Of a DNA stretch of 64,000 nt, positions 11,965-25,890 are shown one piece after another; positions within the stretch are counted from its first letter, which is position 1, and every line of letters starts with the position of its first letter. Below the pieces are notes generated by a model. The model was not told the origin of the DNA, made no database searches, and worked only from the letters and a program-made list of their open reading frames with translations. Source of the DNA: Lama glama (taxonomy: Eukaryota); the NCBI GenBank assembly GCA_028534125.1, contig CM052816.1:50346001-50410000 (forward strand), in the 5' to 3' direction. The position numbers and the translations under genes are program-made.

Positions 11965-14585
11965 TCCTACATGAGGCAAATGTCCAGTTTCACTCCTGAT
12001 ATGTAAAGAGCTTGGAAGTCATCACTCCCATCCTTACAAGTAAAGCTGAACAAACTGAAAATCAATAATTTTTCTTGGACCAATCAGATCATTGAGGCTA
12101 AAGGGCTAACTACCACCCCAAAATCTGGAAAGACAGGCTGATCCTGAGTATCACAGCTGAGATCTGCTTACCTAGAGTAGAGGCCCCTGGAGCCATAAAC
12201 TGGTTAAATGGGAATTTTAACGGATTGCTGAAAGCTGAAGTAGACTAGCCTGAGAGCAAGAAATTTGTGGGGTGCAGAAAGCCTTTCCTGGACTTTGCCT
12301 CCAGTTATCCTACCAGGTTCATATGGTAAAGATCCAAGAGAGATCCTCTCCTGATTCTAGCAGTCTAGCAGTCGGGTGGGAAAGAGTCATCTTTGTGAAA
12401 CATGCCCAGAGCCTCTCCATAACAGAGGCCTACTCTCCAGGGAAAAAGACTTGATCTGCACTTCTTCTCAAGTTGGGTAAGAATATTTCTCATGGTCCAG
12501 CCCCCTCTCCCCTTCTTATTTCACTTAAGAGGGGAGGAAAAAAAGCCATAACACCAGAGAAACACTTGTGAAAGTCACAGCCCCCAGATACAGACCTCCT
12601 AAAAGACTGAGATTTAATCATAAACATATAGACTGTTTTTCTCCTACACCATACCATCACACCAATAGGTCAGTAAAATACCAGCAGGTTCCAGTTGAAA
12701 GAGCTGGAAGATGCAGACTCTTAGAGAAGTACTCAGGAAAGCCCAAAGATAAGAGAAGAGATAAAAACAAGGGGCCCAGGGGGATTTGAAGCTTCTGACA
12801 CCTACAGCTGCAATAAACATTAAATACAGCACAGCTCATAGCCTTAGTAACATAAATCCTCACATTAAAGTGCTCTTCTCTTCAGTTCCCTATTACTCAA
12901 TACATGTCTAGCTTTCAACACAAAATTATACATCATGCTGGACAGCAAGCAAAAAACAGTCTTGAGAGTAAAAGCAAGAATCAGAACCTGACTCAGACAT
13001 GGGATAGATGTTGAAATCATCACATAGGGAATATAAAATAATTACAATGAATATGTTGAGGGTGCTAATGGAAAAAGTAGACAATTTACAAGGACAGATA
13101 AATAATGTAAGCAGAGAGATGAAGACTCCAAGAAAAAAATCAAAATGAAATGCTAGAAATCAAATGCACTATATACCACAAGGAGAAAGAAGAGGGAGCA
13201 GAGCAGAAAAAATACTTGAAGTAATAATGTTTCAGAATTTTTCAAAATTAAAGACAGACAACAAGCCACATATCCAGGAAGGTCAGAAAACACCATGCCA
13301 GAAAAACATCAGGAAAAAACAAACAAAAAACATACACCTCATCATGTCATGTTCAAACTGCAGAAAACTAAAGACAAAAAAATCTTGAAAGAGACAAGAG
13401 TGGGTAAGATATTTACTTATAAAGGAACAAGTAAAGAATTACAGTGCACTTCTCATCAGAAACCACGCAAACAAAAAGAAAGTGGAGTGAAATATTTAAA
13501 TGTTGAAGCAAATGCCCACCAACCTAAAAGTCTTGACCTAGTGAAATTATCCTTCAAAATCAAAGGAGGAATAATGCTTTTCTCAAACAAAAAGATATAA
13601 CAGACAATAAAACATAATAATCCTAAGTGTGTATGCAACTAGTAACTGTGTCAAAAAATAAGAAGCAAAATTGATAGAAATGAAAGGTTAAATAGACAAA
13701 TCTGCTGTTAGAGCTGGAGACTTCAATACCCATATTTAAATAACTGACAGATCAAGCAGGTAGAAAAGCAGTAAGGATACAGCGGGCCTGAATAGCACTA
13801 TCGATCACCCTGAGTGACATTTACAGAATCCTGCATTCAACAACAGCAGGATACACACTCTTCTCAAGCTCACAGGTAACATTCACAAAGATGGACTTCT
13901 TTTTTTTTTAACTGGGCCATAAAACATACCTTAACACATGTAAACCCACAGAAATCATACAAAGTATATTCTTAAACCATAATAAAAATAAACTAGAAAT
14001 CAATAACAGAAACTCTATAGCTGGAAAATTCCAAAGTATTTGGAGGTTAAACAACATACGTCTTCAAAAAAAAAGAAAAAAAGACATATATAGTTGAAGT
14101 ATAGTCAGCTTACAATGTTGCGTCATTTTCTGGTGTATAGCATAATGCTTCAGTCATACATGAACATACATTTATTCATTTTCACATTCTTTTTCACCAT
14201 AAGTTATTACAAGATATTGAATATAGTTCCCTGTGCTATACTTCTAAACACTTCCAAACAACATACTTCTAAACATATGGGTCAAATAAGAAACTGAGAG
14301 AAATTAAAAAATTTCAAATAAATGAAAATGAAAATACAGCTTATTAAAATTCGTGGGATGAATGAAAAGTAGTACTTAGAGGGAAATTTATAGCCTTAAA
14401 GAAAGATCTAAAATCAATAATCTAAGCCTCCATTTGAGGAAATTAGATGTGAAAGAGTAATTTAAGCTTAAAGCAAGAAGAGGAAAAGAAATAGTAAATA
14501 TTAGAGAAGAAATCAATGAAACTGGAAACAAAATAACAGAGAAAATCAATAAACCAAAAGCTGTTTTATGAAAAGATGAATAAAA
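11965..14585 (+). mobile_element. Old L1 with 5'UTR, ORF1 fragments and ORF2 endonuclease region, internally deleted
   Basis: Track ORFs at 13164 and 13295 give L1 ORF1-like peptides (HVMFKLQKTKDKKILK, LSFKIKGGI). Endonuclease motif GDFNT at 13716-13730. ORF2-like sequence continues to ~14585 with stops and frameshifts. Confidence 0.88.
14064..14255 (-). mobile_element. Younger camelid-type L1 3' end nested in the old L1
   Basis: ttgaagtatagtcag...gttccctgtgctatac is the reverse of an L1 3' terminus (same subfamily as 56549-56740). 15-bp TSD with one mismatch: aaacaacatacgtct (14049-14063) and aaacaacatacttct (14256-14270). Confidence 0.85.
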
Positions 14586-15215
14586 ATTAGAATATTAGAC
14601 TATATATGGAAGTACCTTGAAAACTATAAATATTTTATGTAATACTGAATTTTTTCATTCACTTAAATTGTGCTCAAATAAGAAAATTAAACATTTGAGG
14701 GAGGAACTTAACAAAGTACAGATGGTCAAAACACTAATAACAGTCCACAGTCTTTTGACTATTTTATGGATGAGATTATATCATATTTTATGATTAGATT
14801 CTAGATGCCTGTCTGATTCCATTCTGAGTCATCTATAGGAGAGCAAAGAAGACTGTTTGCATTATAAAATGGAATTATAAACTGTCAGGTTGAAATAATC
14901 AAACATCAACATTAATCAAATTTAAGTCAGCTTTATTTTTGAACCCCTTGAGTGAATATTTGTAGAATAAGGTCCAGACAGCTATGCTGTTCTCCCCCTT
15001 TTGCTCCAGGATCTTGAGTTGGACATCGTCTGAAAACAGATTTCCTTGTCAGATGGATAAGATTCTGCAAATAATTTTGCACAGAAGATTTTTCTCCTTT
15101 CTCATATTGTCCCTGAAACCTTGTGAATGGGCAGAATACCAAGTCTTCTGACAGATCTAATATGTATGCAGTTCTTTCCAATTTCTTATCTAAGAATATG
15201 TTGACTAGAACATAT

Positions 15216-15357
15216 TGTGTGTATGTATGTGTATGTATACATACACATATGTACATAATGCATATATATAATATATACATATATGTGTGTGTATATGTAT
15301 GAATGAATGTGTATATGTGTACATATGGGTACACACACACACACACACACACAGACA
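15216..15357. repeat. Compound (TG/TA)n-(CA)n microsatellite
   Basis: Directly visible; explains the low-complexity ORFs at 14933-15540. Confidence 0.9.
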
Positions 15358-15814
15358 CCTCTCCTATTGGTTCTCAACTCTGTATTTGTTCATTTCGGCC
15401 TTAGGCTTCCCACTGACACTAATGCAAAGCTGAGGTCTTTGGCATTAAGGACCAAGAAGATGATTCAAATTACTGGATTAATGATGTTCAATAATTTTTC
15501 ATTTTCATCTGATGTAAGCAGCAATGGGAAGAAACCATGAGTTCTTTGCTTAATTCTATTTGACTATCAATTAAGAAATTTTTAAGGAAGACTTTTTATA
15601 AGGGTTTCAAGATATACACTGCACATTAGTATGCATTTGCAATCTAGCTAAGAATAAAAAAACTTTCACCAAAACCTTATAAAGTTTTAGGATCTATATC
15701 ACAAATGCTCACAGTTTATCATATCAAGTGTGTTAAGTCACTATGCTACAAAATTACAAATTTTAAACAGTTAGTTTCAAATAAAAATTACATAACAAAG
15801 AGAAGTATTTGTTA

Positions 15815-16030
15815 CCATATGTAGTATGCTATGTGTTTACATGGATTATCTCATTCAACACAAAAACAGAAGGAAACAAACAAACAACAAACTATCAGCT
15901 ATGACCTCTTATGTCCTTTAACAAAGGAGAAAAATGAAGTTTAGTGACATGAATTAATTTGCCTGAGGTCAAAAAAGCTGGTAGGTAGTAGAGCTAATGA
16001 TTCTAAAGCCTGTGTTCTTAACTGTTATGT
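15815..16030 (-). mobile_element. MIR SINE
   Basis: ttacatggattatctcattcaa...gagaaaaatgaagtttagtgacatgaattaatttgcctgaggtca is the reverse MIR core. Confidence 0.7.
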
Positions 16031-16409
16031 AACCAAGACATGATTTTGAATGGATAGAACTCAATCCACTTTTTAAAATCAGTGTTGTTGACTATGTGTT
16101 GACACTACTGTAGCTACTGAAGAACAGAGGTCAGTGATGCACAATTTTTCTGAATAATTTCTAGGATAGAAATGTGACTAGAAGCTAATCAGACTAGTAT
16201 AAATATCTGAAAATAGCATTTAATATAGTCTTTGAAGCAGAAAAACACCAGGAAAAATAATATCAACTACCTTTCAATAATTTGAAAACTGTTTAACTTA
16301 CAGCAAACACCAAAATTAACAGGAAACTGTGAGGCTCGGCAAAACTGACTTTGGTAGAAATGTGTTCATTGGAATTTCACTGTTACCACTACAGATTGAG
16401 ATTTGCTGT

Positions 16410-16625
16410 TAGGCAGGCTTGTTTTGGAGTATACTATTTAGACACGGGTCTATATCCTTTCTTTGCCATATCTTTAGGAAAGCTCCCTGTATCTCAGTTT
16501 CTTCATGAGCTCAATAAGGATAATTAGAGTTGCACAACTGTTACAAAGACTAGAGAGAATCTATGTAATGAACGGTGAAAACATAGTAGGTGCTAACTAA
16601 ATGATGGCTGCTGTTACTATTGCTC
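16410..16625 (+). mobile_element. MIR SINE
   Basis: ctgtatctcagtttcttcat...acatagtaggtgctaactaaatgatggctg. Confidence 0.7.
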
Positions 16626-18697
16626 TCATTACTACCGTTCTCACAAATGTAGAGGGTTGCCTGTATTATAAAGAGCAGATCCTAGAGAATCACTTCAGAG
16701 AGCTGCTAAGTGAGGGAAGAGAACCACTGTGGCTTGCTTTGGGTAAGGAGTAAAGGTGACGAACTGTCAGACAGAAAAGCGAATGTGTGAATCAAAAAGG
16801 TCAGAGAAGAACTGTAACAGGGAGCTTCTTTCAGAGACTTTAGACATGAAGTTGATTAGTTGCGAAAGGACACTGAAATTCACACAGACAGACCAATTCA
16901 TAGTCCATTGGTCCCAAGAGTCACATTTAGATTTCAGTCAGAGATGTGCTGTGCCAAATTATTCCATCTCTAGAGCCTCACCCAGCTATGGATATTATCT
17001 TAGTAACCAGGAATTAAGGGCTGGATCCTTTGGTTTTTCTAAAGAAACACACGCCAAGGGCAGGGGATATTTTACACTAATCTCACTTCTGATTCAAACT
17101 TTGAAAAAAAGTAATAATGAGCTCCTGTGAAAAGTCATGTTTTTCGTTTTTGTAAATCAGATGCTACATTCCAGGAGGGTGGAGTGAAAGCGGAGGTAAT
17201 CATAGTCCCTGCCGCCGCCCCTCTGAATAAAGCCCAAAGGAATTACCAACAGGACCAGGAAAAATTATACAATGCAGAATTACAAGAACAGACTCATGGT
17301 TTTCAACTAAATTTATTACTTTTAATTTACCAAGGCTATTGTGATGAAACAAACATTCCCCCCCTACTTTGACTGATACTAATTTGTTGCACAATATAGC
17401 ACCACAGCCAATTTCTCTTTGATTGCAGAGTATTTCCCAAAACTATGAACAAATTAGAATAATTCTGAAAAAGATGCTTACTTTCAACTCTGTTGTTTCT
17501 GTCAGCCAGTAGGTCAAAATAAGCTACGAAACTATTACAAAGAGATTTCAAAGACAGTGTAATGACCTGTTTTTATTCACAAAACCGCAGCAACTCCCCC
17601 ATTTACCTATCTGTTCCTTCTACTTCCTGGTGTAGTCCAATAACTCCCAGAGTCCACCTATACGTTCTTTACAGTTTAAAAAATTTATTTTATTTTAACT
17701 CTACAAGTCATACATGAATGTATTTAGACTGTATTTCAGATAAGACTAAAATCTCCTTTGAGATACTTACCCCCAGCCTCTAATTCCAACCCTCACCATA
17801 ATTAGAGGTAGCTATTATTAACCAGTGTTTCAAAACCTTTACGTACTAATAGAAAATACTTCTACCTTCTGTTCTGTTTTTTCCTAGTTGCCATTATAAT
17901 GTAAGAACAATCTTTCAGTTTGCTTTTAATAAGTGGTAAGAAATTCTGGGGTACACATATTCATTTATAGAGGCTAAAGATTAGTGAAAATAATGGCAGA
18001 CACAGCAGGTTGTAAGAACCTGTGCGTAGCCCTGAAATTTGGGGTATGTCACTAACTTCACTAACCTCATTTCTGAATAATCTTCCATCTCCCTGTCTCA
18101 TAGGTTTTGTGTAAAAACTAAATGAAGTAGTCAGTGTGTGTGCTTTCAAAGCTATACTGTTTTATATATAACTACAGTATTATTTCTTAAACATTGTCTG
18201 AAAAATAAAATCAGATAGTGCTACTATTCTAGAAGTATATACTATAGGTGTTTAACTTGAAATTTTAACCAAGCAGTGCCACAAGAATATTTCAATAGTG
18301 AAATTTTTAGTTAGTGGCATAGTCTTTCCTAGCTTTGAATTCTTCATTGGAAGCATTATAGCAAAGATTTAATCATGAGAAAATAAATTTGCATGTAAGT
18401 TCAAGTTATTAAACTGATTGTTTACAAATCTAATTTGGTTTTTAATTCTGTGAGCTTCTGTGCCTGATTCTAGAGTAAATAAGCAGCAGTCTTAATGTAT
18501 TAAAACAATGAGAACAACAAAATCCGAAGAGACTGCAAAACTATGACATTTTAAAACATTTTAATATTTATCCCAAATCTACTTCTTGTGGTATTCAAAG
18601 GAATTAGTTTAGTAAAAACAACTGTATAAATTATTTCCAGGAATCTGGAAAACTCATATCCTAGGATTAACTTCCCAAGGGATTTTTTTTTAAGTTA

Positions 18698-19038
18698 ATT
18701 TGGGAAATTAGCAGCATTTTACTTTACTGCAAGTCTTTGCCACACCTGACCGAATATAGTTGTTATTTGTACATTGAAAGCATTTTGTGGGGGGATACGT
18801 TGAGTCATGTGTTATATAAGCACAACAGGGTTTGCACTAAAAATTGTCATTGTAATAACACTGTTTGGTAGTCTAACTTCATACGTGTATTCTTAATTGC
18901 ACAGTCAATAATTTGTCACACTGGAGTTTTGAATGTTTGCTTAAAGTGTTAGCTATTCCTATGTTTTATAAACCAAAACAGAATTTCCAGAAACAATGAA
19001 GGAAACCAAAATAAATATTTCTGAATTTCAAAGAAAAA
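18698..19038 (+). pseudogene. Probable 5'-truncated retrocopy of an mRNA 3'UTR; source gene not established
   Basis: Non-TE, UTR-like sequence ending in AATAAA (19010-19015), CA at 19029-19030, then AAGAAAAA. Possible degraded TSD core tttaagtta (18689-18697 and 19045-19053). The 5' boundary is uncertain. Confidence 0.5.
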
Positions 19039-20470
19039 TTTTAGTTTAAGTTATAATTCTTTTAAGCAAAATGTTCTTTAGAAAATACAAGCCTAAAAGG
19101 TCTGTATTTTAAATATTTTCAGACATTAAGATTCTTGGAAGAAATAGTTTTAAAAGAATGCTCTCCAAAGTCCCCTTCATTTCTAGTTGTTTTTTTTTTT
19201 AAATAACAAACAATATGACCTTCACTCAAACTAAAAACTGCTATTGTATTTGTTCTGATTGCTTTTCATCATAAATTACTCACATTTTTGGGGGCTGGGG
19301 TGGAGGTTTTGGGGGAAAGACTGATGTTTCTCAACCTTTCCAATTTCCTTGATTTGAAACACATTACATCACATTATTTCTTAAACATCTCCAAGTTCAA
19401 AGGGCTACCCAATTTTCACTTCTCAACATTAAAACAAGAAAGAAATGTGGGAAAATACTGACATACATACATGTAAGTAAAATATATTACAAAAAGCCAT
19501 TACATCTTGGGGGGTATCAGTGTAATCACAGCAAGATAACTCAGAGATGAGTTAAGATCCCAAAATACAACTAAGTCAGAGGGCTTTCTGAGTACACTCA
19601 TGTCTGAGAAGGAAGGTGGGGCAGATGGAACATGTATCTAATGTCTACCTTTCAGATGCCAAATGTGAAGGCAAACTGTAAGAATTATTTGAGGTCAATT
19701 TTGTCCAACTCCAAATTATAAGTCTGAGTGAACATACGTATTTAATGAATTAGTAGAATAACGTAGATTATAAAATTCTAATTGTATAAATCAGAACAAT
19801 GAGTCATATGACAGTTTTAGGACCCATTTTAATGTCCTATAGTTTTTGCCAATTTTTCTAAAAAGAGAAATTCTGACCACTGGTACTTCAAAAAAATTAG
19901 TTTTCACTCAGAGGAAAAAGTAAGAAATAATACAATCATAGATGCTCCCATTAAGCAGACAAAATGAGAGAAATGAAAATTATAACTATCCATTCTACAA
20001 ATCAGGTGAACAGCAGGAAAAGTCACATGGAATCAGAAGACCACAGGCTCTCAGCTCTAGTTTCAGTATCCTGAAACATTTTGGATCATAGTTTCTCCAA
20101 ATACAAAATAAGGAGGTTGAACTGTCACTTCAGTGTTCTCTACAACTTATGATATATTTCATGGGAAAAATTTCATAATGTTAGCAGATTTACAAATGAA
20201 TTGATATGATTTGAATGCCAAAAACGGTAACCTGGGAAATTTCAGTGATTTGTGGACTATTTATTGCTGTCAAGTAATTCTTTTTTTCAAAGACTATTTT
20301 TTTGTTTGGTTACATAAATAATTACATGTTACCTGCAGACAATGTAGAAAACAGAGACAAACTCAAGTAAGAAAAAGAATGATTTATAGTCACTATGCAA
20401 AGATAACCTGAGCTGTTAACATACCTGTTTCCTATCTGTTGTTACATCAATTACTATAATTTATTGAATC

Positions 20471-20810
20471 CAGTGGTTTTCAAACTTTTATGAGCAGAAT
20501 CTTTTTTTTCCCTAAAGAAAATCTTACATGTAACCTTAATATGTACAAGGACTAAAAATGAGAATTCTCCAACTGAAATGGTGATGAAGAGCCAGGGTTA
20601 TTCTGATGTGGTTATCAACATACTCCCATGGAGCCCTGGACTCTAAGAAGTATTCTTTTAAATTATTTTTTTTCTTTGAGGGGGGAAGGTAATTAGGTTT
20701 ATCTTTTAACAGAAGTACTGGGGATTGAATCCAGGACCCTGTGCATGCTTAAGCACACACTCTACCACTGAACTATGCCTTACACCCAGAAGTATCCTTT
20801 TAAAACCATT
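20471..20810. mobile_element. hAT-type MITE hosting a SINE
   Basis: TIR-like ends cagtggttttcaaac and ttttaaaaccattg. Confidence 0.55.
20663..20787 (-). mobile_element. Camelid tRNA-derived SINE (Vic-1 type)
   Basis: Minus strand has A box (atagttcagtggtagag) and B box (ggattcaatcccc). 17-bp TSD agaagtat(t/c)cttttaaa at 20646-20662 and 20788-20804. Confidence 0.88.
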
Positions 20811-21599
20811 GACTTAAACAATTTCCTAATGTTAGACATTTAAATTCTTTTCATGGGTTTTTTGTTTATTTGTTTTGACTTTGCTATTACCAATAACATT
20901 CAGATATTTGTGTATGTTCATGGTTATTTCCATTGGATAAATTCCTGGAGGCTAAATTTCTGAGTCAAATGGTTTTAAGGCATTCATTGTCATACCAACT
21001 CACTTTAAGGATTGTCTTGTCCCAAACCATTTGACACCAGCAGGAGGTACCCATTTTCTGTGCTGCTTTTAACAGTAACTAGCCCCATTTGTAACATTTG
21101 AATCAAATGTTCTATTTCTCTGTGACATTTTTCCTCATCTTCCCTTTCTCTTCCTCGTGATGCCAAATAGGTTGCTACTAAGGGGAAATAAATGTCCTCT
21201 TTGAAGTACCAATAAATCCTTCCTATCAAATGTCACCAAATGCCTAATGGATTAGCCTTTTGCTGTCTTTGGACAATGATCTGCCAAGTAGTCAGCTTCT
21301 ATATAGGACTGACCAACCAAAGCATAAGGTCACCTTCGGAGGGAATTACCTTTGTTACTTGGTGTCCCAGGACACCACACGCCTTACCCTAAATCTTGTT
21401 TATTATGTATCTGAGCTTTGGTTAAAATCTATTCAAAGCAGCTTCTGACCCCAGATTCCCAGAAATGAACAGGATAGAGCAGACTTTCAAATAAGAAGAG
21501 ACCCTGGAGATGATCTAATGTATGCTCATCATTTTATAGACGTTGATACTGAGACCCACAGTGGCTTCTCAAGAGCTCAAATGGTAACAGAGACAAATT

Positions 21600-22420
21600 A
21601 CAATTGTTTCTGTCCCAGTGAATTTATAGCCTAGTGAGGATACTGACAAATCAACAAATACCATGCTTTGTGATAGATGTTATAGGGAATAAGGCAGAGC
21701 AGGAGAAGAGCAGGTTGGATGATTTTTCTGAAGACAAGTTGTACTGTACTTTGAAGGAAATGAATAGCTCAGTGAGATATGGAAATGGAAAGGCAGTAAT
21801 GCATTCCAGGTAAGGATAAGCATGAAACTTTGGAAGACCTTGGCATAATTCAGTGCCATAAACGATAAAGCTTAAAATGTGGCTAGAGAGAAGGCCACTG
21901 GGGGATTAAAACTCAAATACCCCTGAGCTACATAAACAGGTGAAAGTTCATGAGTGAAATCTGTGATAAATTAAAGAGTGACTGTCCTCTCTGAAAAGAA
22001 AATGTCAGTATAGCCAATTGTCACCATGTGAAGGGATAATTTTACAATATGAAGAGAAGCCAGAAATCTCTCCATTTTTAAGTCAGTGTTGGCACCAAGT
22101 TTTTAAGAAACCATGGTACAAACAAGAGCAAACACATATGTAAGCTGAATTTTGCTAATATCCTGGCAGTTTACACCCTCAGGGCGAAGGAGTTAGGCTA
22201 GGGGCAGCTCATGAAAGGCTCTGTGTACTAAGCGAAAGGGTTTGGACTTTATCCTGAAAACTGTAGGAACTCATTAAAAGACTTGAAGTGATTAACATCT
22301 CAGAAGGGTCACTCTGGCAGCAGTGTGAAGTCTGGAAGGGAGCTATGTAACACGGGCTTAAACCAAGGCAGTGACAGGGATGTGGAAAGGAGAAAACAGA
22401 TTTGAAAGATGTTAAAGAAG
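21600..22420 (-). mobile_element. L2 LINE fragment interrupted by MER102
   Basis: Reverse L2 motifs such as tttggactttatcctg and gaagggtcactctggcagcagtgtg. Confidence 0.65.
21897..22182 (-). mobile_element. MER102-like hAT-Charlie element
   Basis: aaactcaaatacccctg...gccaattgtcaccatgtg...gaagagaagccagaaatc...ggcagtttacaccctc resembles the reverse of the recalled MER102 consensus. Confidence 0.65.
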
Positions 22421-23539
22421 GCAAACAGTTTAGTAAATTACAGTTGAAACTTGAACCCAGGTCTCCTACCTCCTTGCTTTATATTTTTATAACTGTATCA
22501 GCACTGCAGAATGTCTTTTCGAGTGGAATATTATTTAGTTTGCAATTAATAAGGAACAGGGGATTCTTTGCAAACATTACCTTGAAACACTAGAATTTTT
22601 TTCCTATGGGTATTATTCATGTAATGTAGGCAAACAACACACTAAAATAAACTCCAGGAAAGAGGATACACAGAGAAATCATGAGGAGATAGACAGTGGG
22701 CATGGACACTGATCATGAATAAATAAACCCATCTACCATGAATCATTTGGCTAACATTCTATGTCAGTTTACACCTATATAATGGCTGAAGATATCATGG
22801 AGTATTTGGCCAAGGAACAGAGAGGACTATCTTACTCTAGTCCTACCTCAAAAATTCTATGACTGAAAATTACTCAATTTATATGTTTCTGGATCATCTG
22901 TGTGTGGTTAATCTCCCAGTACTTAGTGCAAGTGAAGACCATAGCTTTAATTTGTTTAGTACATTTTTTTAGTTCAGTGAATAACTGAGCCAGACAACAA
23001 GCAAGTCAAATGGAAAGTGAAGTCATTAGGTGGGGTGAAGTGATGTCAAATCTCTGAGTGTTTTTTCTCTTAACCTTCTGGATGGGCGCTGGACTCTACT
23101 TGCCTGACTGGCACAAGATGAATTTATAAAAGCATTTGTTAAATAGCTCTGTGAATAATAAAACCTACCCCTACTACCTGCTTGAGAAAAAGCTGAAAAT
23201 GCTACATTTTTCTTTATTAAACAAGATATTAATTTGTTTGCAAAATTGTGGAAGAATCTGTAGTTGTCTTAAAGTTTCTCTGTTACACGATTACATTGGT
23301 ACTGAGAGGAAACAGAACTTCCAAATAGTAACATCCAGAACTATGTTATATATTTGTGAGTTTGTAATAACGTAGCTAAACAGTGGTTTATTCTGAGCTT
23401 CTACTCTGCTTATGGTAAAGGTACCAATGTTCACTTCATGGTAGCGGTACATTGAACTTTCAACCACTGTTGTCTTGTGGTTATTTTTTATACAATAATG
23501 TGATGGTACTAAGAATATGCTATATGTGGACAAGTCCCT

Positions 23540-23912
23540 GTATTCTGTCGATTGGAATAGGTTAGATTATACTGCAGTAGCAAACACGCCAATAAATCAG
23601 TGACTTGAAACAACAAAGCTTTAATTTCTCATTAGTGCCATATGCGCATCAGCAGTGGCTTGGGGGCTCCACTCTGTGGTATCCTTCTTCTAGGACCTTG
23701 GATGACAGGACAGCTACCAACATTGCCAGTCACCATGGCAGAGGGGAAGAAAGCTCTCTGGCTCGGAAATTATACGACGCATTTAATCAAAACTGGCTAG
23801 TGAGAACTAGAATCACAGCCTTACTCAGCTCCAGCTATGAAGTTCAATTTTACCATGGCCCAGATGGCAGAGAGCTGGAAATATTTAGTGAATAGAACTA
23901 ATGACAATCACA
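23540..23912 (-). mobile_element. MLT1 (MaLR) solo LTR
   Basis: ttatactgcagtagcaaac...tcagtgacttgaaacaacaaag...ggaaatatttagtgaatagaactaatgacaatcaca, typical of old MLT1 (K/L-like). Confidence 0.7.
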
Positions 23913-24439
23913 GTCACTCAAATAATTGCTCTATTATAGTTTCATGTATCTTTTGTTTTCTCTACCTGGCTGGACGGTGAAGTTAGAATCTATGACTTAA
24001 GAGGCCCCTAACAAATTCTTTTGATTCAATACATGAATTAATTAGCTCGATTAAAGTGTGATTTCAATGAAATAATCATGTCTTTTTGGAACTTTTTCCT
24101 CAATACTATATATATTTTAAAATCCAGTTCTGATATAATACGAAAGTTGCCAGAAATAAATAACAAAATTGTTCAAATGAATTGAGAGCCCAGAAAATAA
24201 TTACTTGGCTGTTACATGCAGGCATAATTAAAATAGATAACCAAAAACGGACTGAATTCATTTTTCCATGGATGTTATAATCTCTTAAAGAATAAAGCCT
24301 GGAACTCTGACACTACAGTCCTATCTATCTATCTTTACCTTTACTGAATTTACTGTTTAAAGCTCCACGTTAGGAACCACTCAAGCACCGCTGAAGAGAA
24401 ACACTCACCCATTCTGACTGTTCTCACTTTAAGATCATA

Positions 24440-25450
24440 GCCATAAATCCCAAATGTTTAGGACTCTCAAATCTTTATCTCCAGACCTCACTTCTTCCAG
24501 GAACTCCAGAATCATATATCTTGATATCTCTGCTTTGATGTCTGCTAAGTATTGTAAACATAACCTAGCCAAAATAGAACTTTTCATTTTTCTGCTCTGC
24601 AAACCAGCTTCTTTCCTAGTCCTTCCTGTGTCTGAAAACAGCACTACTCACCTAGTTCCTCAAGCAAAAAACATAGGAATCCTCCCCATTCCCTTCTGTC
24701 CCTTATTCTCCTAAGTCGAACCTAGAAGCAAGTCCTGGTAACTTCACTGCTAAAACATACCCAGGATCCAGGAACTCTCACTATCCCCCTCAGATAGCCT
24801 AAGCCACAATTGACTTTTGCCTGGATGACTGTGAATCCCCCTGATTTTCTGTTTTCATTAACCCACACATCCACATCCATTTTCCACATAGTGGTCATAG
24901 CAGTCTTTTAAAACAAACCTCACGCTATGTCATTTCCCTCCTTAAAAATCTACCCTAATACCATGAATAAAATTCAAAGAATATTAGCCCTCAAAGCCCT
25001 GCAGGGTCTGAGTGGATCCATTTCATTGACCACATATTTATGTTACATACCGCTCCTTCGCTCTCCCACTACAACGGCCTTTTTTCTATTCCTTCAATAT
25101 GCCAGGTTTGACTCACCTTAGGGCCTTTGCATTACTTATTTTATCCTAGTCTTTGCAGGGATGTCTGCTTGCCATTTAGTTCCATTTTAAATATCAGTTC
25201 CTCAGAGAGACCTTCCATGATCACTTTATATAAAGGGGAACCATCTCATCACTATCTTTTACTTCATCCTCTTTTAATTATCTGCATATCTCTTGTTTAT
25301 TATCTGATGTGATTTGTTCATTTGTATATTTTTTGTTTATTTCATACCACTAGAATGTAACTACAGCTATTCTGCTCAGCGCCATATCCTTTGTGCCTAA
25401 ATCAGGGCCTGGCTTGTGCAAGTTACTGAGCAAATATTTGTTGAAAAGAT
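24440..25450 (+). mobile_element. L2 LINE, ~1 kb 3' portion
   Basis: tccagacctcacttc...actccaga, tcctcagagagaccttcc, actagaatgtaa, and terminal gcctggc...aaatatttgttgaa. Confidence 0.8.
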
Positions 25451-25724
25451 GTTTATGATTTGACTATGCTCAAGGTACATAGTACCAGCAAGCAAGGTAC
25501 CAACGTTACACAACATAACACTTCTAAATTTATCTTTGGTCACTCTACAATTATTCTAGAATTTCCAATGATAAAAATTATTAGACTGTAAATTATTAAA
25601 CATAATAAAACATATATGCTTTCATAGTATAATTTTACCATAAGTAATTAACTTGGAAGACAACTTGCCTTCACACTGAAACAACTGGAAGGGGAAAATA
25701 AAATGAACAAGAACAGAGCAGCAG

Positions 25725-25890
25725 TAGTGACCAATATTGAGCATTACCAGTGCCTAGCACATTACATTTCTCACCTCACAAATTTTAATGAAATGGGCAT
25801 TACTACCCCCATTTTAAGAATTAGAATATTGAGGCTCAGAGTGATTAAACAGCTTGCCCCCTAACACAGCAACTGAGTTAGGGTGCTAGT
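25725..25890 (-). mobile_element. MIR SINE
   Basis: cattactacccccattttaag...ttgaggctcagagtgattaaacagcttgccc. Confidence 0.7.

Noticed and set aside
14933..15540. 141-aa and overlapping ORFs
   Set aside because: Driven by a microsatellite; the unique part has no homology I recognise.
16756..17372. Adjacent 124-aa and 81-aa ORFs overlapping by 4 nt, operon-like
   Set aside because: Mammalian intron, GTG starts, no recognisable homology; prokaryotic translational coupling does not apply.
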